A stretch of DNA of 64,000 bases from Balanoglossus misakiensis (taxonomy: Eukaryota > Animalia > Hemichordata): the NCBI GenBank assembly GCA_040954595.2, contig CM082580.2, positions 6,455,519 through 6,519,518 on the forward strand, read 5' to 3'. Positions 1 through 12,800 of this stretch are shown one piece after another. A model generated the notes under the pieces. That model was not told where the DNA came from, did not search any database, and saw nothing but the letters and a program-made list of their open reading frames with translations. Made by a program: the position numbers and the translations under genes. Position 1 is the stretch's first letter, and the number at the start of each line of letters is the position of its first letter.

Positions 1-800
1 TATTTTTACATATACGTTGGTATGAAGGCTACTACTAGTATGGAGGAGGGTGTACTGTACTGTATATCATTGTGTATAAATCGCATATGTACTTGTAGTA
101 CAAATATTTCTAGGGGGGTCAGCTCTTGGCTAACCCAAACCAGTCAGGGAGTAGCCCTTCTAGCACCTTATTGTCTCACACTGTATTTGTAAGCATATAT
201 TAACTGCATACACACTATCACAGGGTAGGCTACATGTACTCAAGCTTTAACAAAACTCAATCTGTTGTATAGCAGACAATAAAAGACAATCTGCCTAAAA
301 CTATATCGTAGTTCCTTTGAATATATTATTAAGTCAACATGACCTTGAGAGAAAAATGTCATAATGATCAGTGAGAAATTAAATCAAAACATACCTTTCC
401 TTGGTTATGCTCTCAGTTGCATCTTCGCAAAATTTTCAGTGCAAGTGGTCGTCTTCTGGGGATTGAGGTTACATGCACATGTAAACAAAACGTGTATGTT
501 ATGAAGATGTGAAACTTTAACTCTGAAAGTGACATAAAAATAGCCGTCCGCAGGAAGTGAGGGCACAGATGGACTGCCCTGATTCATCCCGACAAAAGTG
601 GATCATGTTTAATAAAACTTCCTCCTTCCTCCTGTTGGCTGAAATCCCATCGCCAGTGATTATGTGTGGTCGTAAAAAGTCGTAGACTAAATTGACCCCA
701 GGTTTATCGAACTCCATTGGGATGCTCCTGTGGTTTTGACCCAACCCCTTTAAGGGGCTTGTGCCAGCTTCAGTGAGGATCATTACTTGAAGGAATTAAG

Positions 801-3800
801 ATGGGGAACAGGCCGCCTGGCAGGTTCTATCAGTATAATCGAGAATACGTGAACGGCCATCAAACGTCTGTGAACATGACGATGGACGTGCAAATTATTG
901 TCACGCCAGACGCGTACGAGGAAAGGAGGACGAGATATTTGGTAAAAAATGTTTACCAAATAATTTTTGTGTGTATGGTTCCAGGATGTGAGAGGATTGA
1001 ATCATTTTGACTAAAGTTCTCTCTCTCTTGTGTATTTTGTATTTTCAGGCGTCTATGGATCTGCCGCCAGACAAGGCGAAAGTTTTGAAATCGTATGAAG
1101 ATGAAAAGAAATGGGATCTCATCTGTGATCAGGTATGTTATGTGGTTTGTGCAATTCAACTTAATCCACAGTGGACTAGGCTGTAATCTGTCTTGAAAGT
1201 TGAACGCTAGAATCTGATTTGAAGTTGAGTTTGTCGTGTGGTGTATTTGTGCCATTGTTGATGTCTGATGTTTACAATCATTGGGGGAAAAATAGAGCAT
1301 AGTTGTCTATGGTGTGACAGACAACTACGTGGATGAGACTTCATATTATAGTGCAGTAATTTGATCCTCAACTGAGACAACAATGGAAAGTACATGTACA
1401 TGTACAGCAAAATCATCTATTTGATCAGTCATTTTTCTCTCTCTCAAAAGGAAAAAGTTGTTGCCAAGGAACCACCGGACTACTATGTCAATAAAATTCA
1501 GAAACTTATCGATCCAACTGGCACAACCAAGGTGAGAATCATGTAAAACAAACCCCCCTCCCCCCACCCTCATTTCAGATTAACATGTTTATACATGTTG
1601 ATCCACATTTCTGATTTGTGTATGCGGTCTACGTCTTAACTTTTTGTAAGGCTTCATGAAGATAGTATGCCAAACGAACAAAGTGCTGGTGAAATTTACA
1701 GGGGATTTCCCTGTTTCGTTTCAATGCATTGATCAACAAACAGCTGTACGAGTTTCCTTCCCACAGTTTGTTGATTTCACAGAGAAGTGAAACTTTCACA
1801 GAAATTAATACAATGAATTTGTCCAACTTGTTAAAATATAGGGATAAAAAAATTAACATGTGAATTAAAAGAGAACAATTCTCCTTGCTGCATGTCTGTT
1901 CTTGCAAGGGAGTTTTGCGATTACATTTAGTTCTCTGTTATTGGGAAGTTCTTGAAGAAAATTTCCCATGCATTGCCTTGAAAAGTCACCAAATCTGCTG
2001 TGCATGGTCTTGTACCTTAATTGGCATCTCTGTCTCTTTATCAAAATTTGGAAGTAATCATTAGAAGCTTTAATGGATGTAGTACTTCAGGGCCAAACAT
2101 CTGATAGAAAAGTGGAGTTTTGACCTCGGAATTAATTTCATGCCCCCGGTTGAGTTATACCACAGTACCTTACAGTCCAATTACACAGCTTTGCTGTCAC
2201 AAGTTTTAAAAAAATCCTTGAAGTACTGATGGTGTGGTTTCCCAGATAATCATGCAAAGCACATACATTATACATTCAAGCATATTGTTCGCAGCCAGTG
2301 TGAATGGCAGATGGTAGTGTTCTAGTTCATAATTGAGTGTGTGAAATTTCAATTAAAATTCAGGCAGTTTGTAAGTACATACATGTAAATGACAGATATA
2401 TTGACTGCTGAGAAGTATTAAATATGAAATGTCACAAATGTTTGTGTAACCATAGTAATTATTTTTAAAGCCATGATTGCTTTCCTAGCTTGCAGCAACA
2501 TTTGCAAATTCTATATTATGTTTATATATCTGCTCATTTCACCATTTTCTTTATGCTCAGTGTCAGAATCGTGCATGAAAGTGAAAACGTTGGTTCAGGG
2601 CTGGTGGTGAAACCAGTCTGTATCAGCACGTCATGTGCAATACTGGTCACATTCTATCATAAAAGTAATGCTTCACTCATGTATATATGCGTTCTCAGGT
2701 ATTTTTTTTCACACATTTCATTATTTTCTCATCTGTGGAACTCTTTGCAATTCAGTATCCGTACGCTGGCCATCTTGCTGACTTGACCAAGAAGGTAGGG
2801 GTAAATGGTTTTAAGTCAACAGTGTTTACGGACTTGGCTTGCCGCAGTGGTGTTTGTAGCAACCCCCCCTCTCCCCATTAATGGTTCGCATCTTCTCTCC
2901 TGCTGTGTCTAGAGTTGCATGCATGCTATTATCAGTGCTGACCTCTATAACTTCCCCCCTTTCCCAGTTAAAAAAAAAACAGTAGCTGTACACGTAACTC
3001 TTAAAGCCCCAATACACGTAGCTGCCACTTTTACTTCAATTTTCTCAGACGAGACCATTTTGAATTTGTGGCGATTCCAATCCAATACCCATATACCACA
3101 ATGGTTGTGTACTCTTGCAATGGGCAGCTGAATACATGGGTGTGCCACCTGTTTATTATGAAACTAGTTCATATTTTGAGTGTAAAGCCACAATCAGAAG
3201 TTGATAATAAATTTGTGTGTAGTATCCATCAGTAAGCTACAATGGAGTATTCTAAGTTTGAAAGTAAAATCATGAAAATGATACCCAAAAAAATCCAGCT
3301 ATTGGGGCTTTAATTCTCTAAAAGAAATGCAGATTTCCAAGGTTATGCCTGGCACCCATAAACCAAAAGTCCACACACCTTTTGTGAAAAAAAAGCCTGT
3401 GTAATATATACAGGTTTTTATGTTGGTTTAGACCTGAATACAAAACTGGAAAGGCATCTATGTGTATATATGTACATATATGTCATTAATATTGAGAGAT
3501 GTCATAAAAGTACAGCTACTGGGGTATCTATGTACTTTACATCTTTAGCAACAAGACTTTCTGCAGGATGTGAGAAATGAAGGAAATACGTTATTTGCCG
3601 CTGTTACGTATTGCCACGCTTATTTCCGGACACATTTCCAGGGCTTGTCACCCGCACATGTCATTGAAATAAAAATATGGAAATGACTAACTTTGCAATT
3701 AATAACTGGTTGATAAACGACGGCTGAGTTGTGTATTCCCATTTTTGGGCATTGTTGACTTTTGTAAATTATCTCGCTAATTGCATCTCAATAAATCAGA

Positions 3801-6800
3801 ACATTTTGAAGTTCGCACATTTTTCATTTTGAGCTCCTAAAATACCACAAATAATATGTGGTTGCTTTGGTAGTATTCATTTTGATTTTATCGTTTTGAA
3901 AATACAAAGGTGATTATTTTTTGAATTTTTGCTTTTCAAGTTTGGAGACAATGATCTGACATTCGAGATAGGAATTTGTGCATTTATAATGAAGCAATTT
4001 AATATTTTAAAAAATGAAGCCTTCAGACATGTAAATTGGCTTTTGTCAGTGAGATTATGATATGTAGACAGCAATTACAGTAATTTGTATGCCATCGCCT
4101 GCATTTTACATAAATCACGCTGCTTTAATCTGCCAGTGGAATGAGTGGTACATTAATCAACGTGATCGATGGATGATGTAAAGTGACAACATCCATCTTC
4201 CCATTCAGCTGTCGAAACTTCATCAAACCCAGCCACTGATAGTCAGCATGGAAATGTAGAGTCAGACTATTCATCGGTGATTTCACATTTTTGTAAGAAT
4301 TGTGATTCCAGACTCGAATTTGAAATAAAATGAAAATCAAGAATTAAAATAAAAGAGACATAATTGTGAAATAAAAGGTACATTTCTATACTGTGACTGT
4401 GAACAGATATTTTGTGAAAACTACATGTATAACCTGACAGGTGGGGCAGAGATGTATTGTTTGATTGCTGTAATACCAGTTCCACCAGACCAAATGTCCA
4501 AACAGTGTAATTATCTTACAATTTCGACCAATTGAACCACAATTCAAATGATAGTTCTATACAAATTTCTATCTGTTGGATAGCAAAGCAAGCCACTGAA
4601 ACTGTATATACATGTATATAAAAATTGTACTCATTGAATATTTATACGAAACGTGTCAATTACAGATGATGTGTTCTGACTTTGAAATAAATCTCATGAC
4701 TAAACGTACATGTATCTTTAGACAGATCGATTTGGTAATCAATCTTTTTAGTGGTGGTCTACAGTCTCTACACACATGCTCAGCTGGCCATCTGCAGTGA
4801 ATTTGAGAAAATGGAGTGATGGCTTTGTTGACAATTTGAATGATTTTACGCATCTCCAACTGAAACCAGAGATTCAGATTGAAGTCTTGTGTTACAGTAT
4901 CGTCAATGTACAGAGGACAGGCAAATTTAATGTTCAGTCATAAAATTTCTACTTTAAGAGGAGCTATGTGAAAGAATGCATTTTGTAACAGAAGACATAA
5001 TATCATTTCCAGACAGTAATTATGAAAAGGGCTCCAGCGGCTGATAATTTTGGTAATTTTCCAGTAATCTTGTTGCCCCATGCAGAAATATAATTTTGAT
5101 GTTTTTGTTATTGATGAATTTGATCCAGATTGTCTTGTGTGAATTGTAAACTTTTGATGTGGTCTGAGATTTGACAACACGACGAAGCACCCATGCTTGG
5201 TAAATGTGGCAAAATTACTTGAAGAATCTCTAAAATTTCTACTGTTGATTTTCAAGAAGTGGGTTTTCTAGTATTAATTCTGTCTATGGAAACTGATAGA
5301 TTCAATGGTATTATAGTGTGCGTATATCTTTAATGTATGACACACTACTAAAGTTGCCCACATGACAGTGTCACTGATACTAATAGAAGTAGTGGACATG
5401 TATGCCTACATCACCCCTTCCCTGCCAAAACCAGTCACTGCTTTATCCAGACACTAGTTTGTACCATAGCTAGTGTGATGTGTACGTCACTTCGTACAGC
5501 ATGATTTGGTGTTTTTAGTTATTAATAACGCTAGCAGTTTTTACTTATGATTTTTCACTTGATTGCCGTTTTCAAAGATTTCCAGTGTTTTGTAAGGTAT
5601 TCTTGGATGTTCAAATCAAGCCTACAATTTTGTGGAAATGCTAGGTTTAATTTAAAAAAGGAAACTGTGACCTGGAGATTTGACTTGTATCCATAGACAT
5701 AAGATTCGAGGGCATGCCAGTGATTGTGAATATGAAAGTGATGGAGTTGAAATAAAATCTGTTACTTCATTTTGTTTTGGTTTTGTCCATTTTACAGAGA
5801 CAAAGGAAAAAGCTGCTTGATCACTCAACTCAAATTGTCAGAGAGCTTGAAATCTCACTGAGGACCAACCATATCCAGTAAGTACCAGCTGTCACAAGGC
5901 CATAGTACACTTACTATTGCCCTGTCCAAACATCCTGAGGGTCACTGCACTCTGGCTTCTATCACACATTGTGTTTCCAAACCTTGATTGCAGTTGACAG
6001 GCTAAAGTCTGAAAATTTAACAACTCAACCTAGTGTGGTTTAATGATGTCCTTGTGGCTTGATACTTGACAGTCATATATATGACATTGGAACTACTTTT
6101 CAACCAAGCAGTGTTTATTCTAGCAAGGGGAAGACTGCAGGTTCACCTGATGAAGCCGCGAGGATCAGACAACGTCTTGTCCAGTGGTCATGAAAAGTCA
6201 ACCATTTTGCAATCATTTGCTTGAACTACAACTTTATGTTGCGTCTCAGAGAGTTTTATTACTTGACAAAAGTTTCACAGGGAAAAACAAAAGAATGTTT
6301 TATACCAACCACATGAGGTGCTGTTGTTAGTGATTTCTTCCATTGATAACTATTGAGTATTGTCTGATCACAGCTAAAAGAAAACAATTCTTCATTTTGA
6401 TTTGCAGATGGGTGAGAGAATTTTTAAATGAAGAAAACAAGGGCCTAGACACTCTCATAGAATATTTACATTATCTACAGATAGCTATGACGTAAGTATG
6501 CTTTTCGCACATCACTCACATTTCAATCATTGATATATCATTATATCATACAGGTATGATAGATAGGATTTTCTGAGTGATTAATCCATTGTATTCCATT
6601 GTATTCCAGGAGGGAAGATTCCATGGAAGACTTGTTGAGTGCCAAACCGACCACTTCAAGAAGTACAAAAGGAAGTCTTCATCCCACACATACCAGAGAC
6701 GATGTCCATGTCTGTATCATGTGTCTTAGGGCTATCATGAATCATCAGGTGAGATAGTAGAGATACCCAAAATCCTTATTTTCGGTCAAAATCATCTTTT

Positions 6801-9800
6801 TCTGTGGTATAAGACTGAAGCTTTTGTTCCTGATAATTTCAAATGTGTAGTCCTTGTATTATGTATCAGATTTAAAAAATAGATCTTGGAGCAGTTTTTA
6901 GTCATAATATAGCTTGGATATTTTGTAATGGTGGTGCGGTTTGCTTATCATATTTTTAATGTCAGTGTTTGTGATTCTTTTTTTTTTCAGTACGGTTTCA
7001 ACCTTGTCATCAATCATTCATCGGCCATTAACATGATAGCACTCAGTCTGAACCACAGAAGTCACAGGTACGGTGTTGATAAAGCAGGATATTTTGGGTG
7101 GTTGACTGAAAAGACAGACTATTGGAGAGATATGTTCATAGACGGGAAGATGTGATACAGACTGATGCACCGACAGACAGACAGACTGATAATTAAGATT
7201 ACAAGAAAATGCATTCATATCAGTGGACTTATTATATATATCATGATTTTATTTTGATAACAGGACAAAGACGCTGGTGTTAGAGTTGCTGGCCGCAGTG
7301 TGTTTGGTGCAAGGTGGCCATGAAATTATACTCCAGGCGTTTGACCACTTCAAAGAGGTGAGAACACTTCAGCCCAAACATTCTCTGATGTGTGACCTAG
7401 AGTGAAACTTCAATTCAAAGTCAATTGGCATCCATTAGTTGACTGCATGAAGTACACTGTGAGATACAAGTAGGCTGTTGAAATGGAGATTTCTTAAAGA
7501 TAGCAACTTTAATTCATTATAAACATAAATTTGAACTGTAACTGCCGTGGATGGGATTTACAGTGCCAGAACCATAAACAGTGGAATTGCCCAAATCTTT
7601 ATGTAGAACCCAATAACAGATATAAATGTATTTTTGCTAAGTGGTTATTTCAATGGTCACTTCCTACTATATATTGTCTTAATACAGTGTTTAGAACATA
7701 CTAATAGGTGTTGCCAAATAAATGTTTTTATTTCCAAAGGTATGCAGAGAGAATCAGAGATTTGAGAAGCTGATGGAATATTTCAAGAAATATGAAGACA
7801 CGAATATAGATATCATGGTAGGTAAATAGCTGTATGTGAAGTTAGTGTCTGCAAGCGAAACCCATATTGGTCAGGATTCTGACTTTCATCGTCACATGTC
7901 TTTGGTTCAAATTTCCCAGAGTGGCTGTATGAAAAATAATTTTTAATGTGTATTTTATCTTTATTTCAGGTGGCGTGTATGCAGTTCATCAACATTGTGG
8001 TGCATTCGGTGGACGATATGAATTACAGGGTTCACCTGCAGTACGAGTTCACACAACTGGGACTAGATGACTTCCTCATGGTAAGTCCTGGGTGACTTTG
8101 CATCTTTCTTGGCACATCAGTAATTTTCTCTGATGAAGTGCCAAAAGAAATTACGAATAAACCAAAGCACCTTGTCCTTTAGTATGCGGACACTGATTTC
8201 ACTGTGTAGGTACTTAGGCTGGCTAAGTACCCCTGAGGACTATCTGTTTCAGGTCCCAAAATTCTGGATGCTACTTCCTGGGTGTATCCATTTTGTATAA
8301 ATGAGTCAGCTTAGTTTTTAACCATGTATTCCGTAAACAAACCAAATCAAGTAGACTAGATTTTTTTTCTGCGAGGAAATTGCATTACATCACATATAAA
8401 CAACTCAGAATAAACTTCACTGCAAAGAATAAACAAAGTTGATTGTGGACACCCCAAGTTGTTGACCTCCAATCTTTATCAGTGCATTTTCAAAATGCCC
8501 TCGCTCTATCAAGTGAAAGTCGTTGTGATTGGGCCGTTTGTGTTGAAGTTTAGGATTGACTGTGTAGTGAGCCAATCAGGTGTAGTGTTGAATAGTGACG
8601 CGACACCTTTAACCGTAGGTGGGGTAGGTCTTTCATTAGAGAGCTACACTTGCCACAAATGATAGCAAAAGTGAGATAACAGTGTCAGTGTTTAGGTTAT
8701 CAGAGGAGAATGGTATCCAGTTCTGTTTGAGATTTATCCACTGCTGTGAATTCAAACAACCACTCCCACTTAGTTGTACCTCAGAAAGTTTAGTGCATTC
8801 GCAGATAGCTTCCTTTCTGTTGTGATTACTCTAGTAGAAGTTACTGGTACATTCAGTTCCTGTGTAAAGAGACTTCTAGGGATGTACCAAATTTCTTAGT
8901 TCTCAACAATTTTTACATTTGTTTGTAGTCTTCACACATCCGAAAGCTCTTGGTTTAGAAAAGAGTGGGTTTGTTTATTTGACAGCAAATAAACTATTTG
9001 AAGTTCTGTTTGTGAAAAGTGTAAATTGACAATAAAATTAACAGCTGCATGAAAATGAATAGGATTAGCCGCTAAAGTTTGTTCGATCACCAAATATTTA
9101 GCTTCATCTGCTTTGTCTGAAAAATAGTCTCATCCATAACCGGTTTTGGTTTGGTCCCACACCCACAAATTTTCATCTGACTTCCATTACCCACAATTCC
9201 CGGGGCCAGCCTTAAACAAAAATTGTGTAAACATAATTATACAAAAGCGGGGAAGTGGACATTTGGTTTTGGAGATCTGATTATAATCAGAGTGCCCCAG
9301 TGCTTACTTGCTGCCGACACAGACTCGTCAACCTCCCCTGATGATGTGTGTGATGAGATCGCACTTACAATCTCCCCAATGCTCGGCAAGCGATCCAAAT
9401 ACAAGATCTCCTTCTGTCAGAAGCTCACCTTCACGGGCACTCAGAAACTTGTCTCTCTTGCCTTGTCCTCTGAGCAGAAACTCAAGCACACCGAGAGCGA
9501 CAAGCTCAGTGTACAGATCAATGCCTATCTGGACAACAAGTTCGATGTGGCGCAGTTGTTGGAGGATGCTGAGACGAAGCATGCTGCGTTGGAGAAGGTA
9601 GCCGAGTTGGAAGAACAACTTTCGCATGTGAGTATCTCATGTACTCTAAAAAAAATAATTGTTTTCACTGTGGTGTGTGGTCTCACTGTTTCAGTGAAAG
9701 ATGTCTATCATTCAAAACAGAGTTACCCATAAAGCTGATATTTCAGTTTTACAAAATCAAGTCAAAGTTCTGTATTTTTTCATGTTGTCGAAGCAGAATC

Positions 9801-12800
9801 TTCATTGAGAGATATTGCAAGTTATTCTCAAAGTTGTCAATGAAGTGGAATTTCAAATTTTATATCAGTAAAACCCAGGGAAGGTTTGTTTGACTGCAAT
9901 GTTTTGAGGGTGTAGGTTATCAGGCCATGCTAAATGCCTGTCTGCAGATAAATTGCATGTTTTACTTCTTTCTTCACAATTAACAAACTGAGACAATTTC
10001 CTTTTTCCTTTCCTTTTATCTTTTTTTGTGGTGGAAATTCATAGTCAACTTATTCATATTATTGATGTTATTTTATCCCCACAGACAACAGAAAACCTAC
10101 AGAGGCTTGAATATGACTCGTTAGCCAAAATTGCAGATTTACAAACACAACTCAGCGACGGTCAGAAAGAAATCGAAGGGTTAAAGGTGAGTCTTTGTTT
10201 TGAAATATGCCGCAAAAGGTTGTGAAATCACTCTGCAAATTATACTGGGAGCTTCCTAAACGTGAGTAACGAATCTATGTCTTGACATGCAGTGATTGGT
10301 TAAAGTTTTAGAAGTCAGAAGAGATTTTAGGCCATTCTACATCCAAATGTCTTTTCCATGAAATGTATAACCAGAGTGGTATTGACTGCTTATGACATTG
10401 TGTATAATCTATCATAAAAGACAGATATGATTATATGATTACAATACTTTTCCCTGTGTGTATTTTCCACCAGGAGTCAAATCTGAACTTCACAAATGAA
10501 ATTACGACGCTGAAGAAGAAATATGAAGACAAGGAAAACGAGATCAAGGAGAGGGAGGACAAACTCACAAAAGAAATTGAACACTTGAAGAAAACGGGCA
10601 ATGTTCTCGTCAACGGAACTGTGGTGGATTCAGCCAAGCCTCCACCTGCCGGTAAGGTCATCATTGGGTCAAGGGATGGGTCAGAGGTCATTGTACTGTG
10701 TTGCATATCCAGTTGTTCTTTTACCACTTTGTTATATGTGTAGGAATGTTTTGTCTTTGTGGAGTTTGAGAAACTCACTTTTATAGTCATATCACGAAAA
10801 CAGTGACAACATAGAAAAGTAGAAAAAACAAAGGGAGAAAATTGTATGAGTAAATGTGATTTTACGAAAATATGTGTGAAATGCTGTAAATTATCAGTTT
10901 AATCATTTCATTGTAACCTGTATGATTACCTGGTAGTTGATATTGACAATGATTATTATTCTCCACAGCTCAAGCACCTCCGCCACCACCACCACCTCCA
11001 CCTCCCCCGCCCCCACCACCACCACCGCCGCCCCCACCACCACCTGGTATGCCAGGTGGACCACCACCACCACCTGGTATGGGACCACCACCGCCGCCGG
11101 GAATGGGACCACCGCCACCACCAGGAGGTGGCATTCCTCTCCCTGGAGGTAAGGACAGATGTCCTTTATGACTTCATGTTCAGTGACAAATACTGTAGGG
11201 CAGGAAATGTCCAGGGGATGAGTGTCCCGAGAGTGGTGTGACGCAGTTGATAAGTGCGACAAATTCATGAGAAATTAGATTTACCAAATAAAAGAGATAG
11301 CCAAAACATTTGAATCATTATTACAACATCAGATGAGAGAGAAAAACCCAGAGTTTCCTTTTACAGTGTATGTGTTAATTCATGACATATCTTCTGATAA
11401 TCTGACAGCCGTCACAATCAAGAGGAGAGTGCAGACTAAATATCGTCTTCCGGCCCTGAATTGGGTGGCCATCAAACCCAATCAAATCAGAGGAACCGTC
11501 TTCAGTGAGCTGGATGAAGAGAAAGTTATGGATGTAAGTTGTCTTTTCTACGCACAAGTTTATACAACTGTGACATACATGTATCTTACTCGGATGTTTA
11601 AAACAGCTGATCTTTGGAACTGATCTGTTCACCTGTTATTTTCTGATGATACCAGTCAGGTTTTTTGTCAAGTGCATATCATGATACTTATGAAAAAGTA
11701 TTGATATGTGAAAGTCATAAGCAGTAAGAATATATTTTAATCTCTGTTGCCATTTTTTGTGTGTACAGGAAATTGACTTTGGACAGTTTGAAGAAACGTT
11801 TAAAACCAAATCGCAGCCGAAGCAACAGCTGAATCGCAACGGAACTCCCAGAATGTCGTCAAGGAAGAAGGAAACTGTGTCTCTGCTGGATGCCATGAGG
11901 CTGCAGAATTTATCGATTTCCAAGAGGAAGATCGAACTGAGAAACGAGGAGGTTATCAGAGCCATTGTTATGTGAGTAGCGATCTCTGTATTCTGAGCTT
12001 GTGGTGTGTCTTCAATTAGTCTTGTGTTTCCAGTACGAACAGCCTTGCTGAGAGTTGGTGTCATCACAATTATTTTAGTTCACACAATTACGAATGAAGA
12101 TATTGAAGTTGAAGTCCCTTTCAAAGGATTTGTGTGAACTCGCTGTGTAGAATCTGATAGTCCCTGTTTGACCTATCATGAAGTGTGTTTGAACTGTGAA
12201 AATGTTGATGAACAGAAAGAGATGTAAACTCCAAACTTTATATCACCATTTCACATGTTATTACAAAGTTGTATGTGATGTGTGTATTTATCATAAATAT
12301 TTTGTAACGTTTCCTTTTTCCCCATGTCACTTAACAGGATGGATCTGAAGACTCTGTCTCTGGATAATGTTGAGATGCTTCTCAAGTTTGTTCCAACACC
12401 ACAGGAGGTAATTTAACCCCTATGACCCAAAAATATTGCTGATGGATATTCACAAAACATGCTTTTCATCATGATTTGCCATGGTAAAGTTTGGTAATAA
12501 TAGTATGCCATGTTGAGTTTCCTTTCGATCAAAAATTTCCAAATCGACATGTCTGATTGATTGATTGATTGTTTGATTTTGCAAAAAATATCATCACTTC
12601 AACATAAATGTTTTTTCCCCACATGTTAGGTGCAAGCATATCGAGATTATGAGAAGCAGAAGAAACCCATAGATAAACTCACAGAAGAAGACAAGATTAT
12701 GCTGTCTGTAAGTTGGTCACTTTTTTCTCTGATTGACAGAATCAATCTAATTCTTATTGCATTACTTTAATCCTGTAGAGAGAGGTGTATGATATTCCTT

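Noticed and set aside
10903-11268. Thr-rich, His-rich and Val-rich ORFs
   Set aside because: Alternative frames of the poly-proline FH1 exon.
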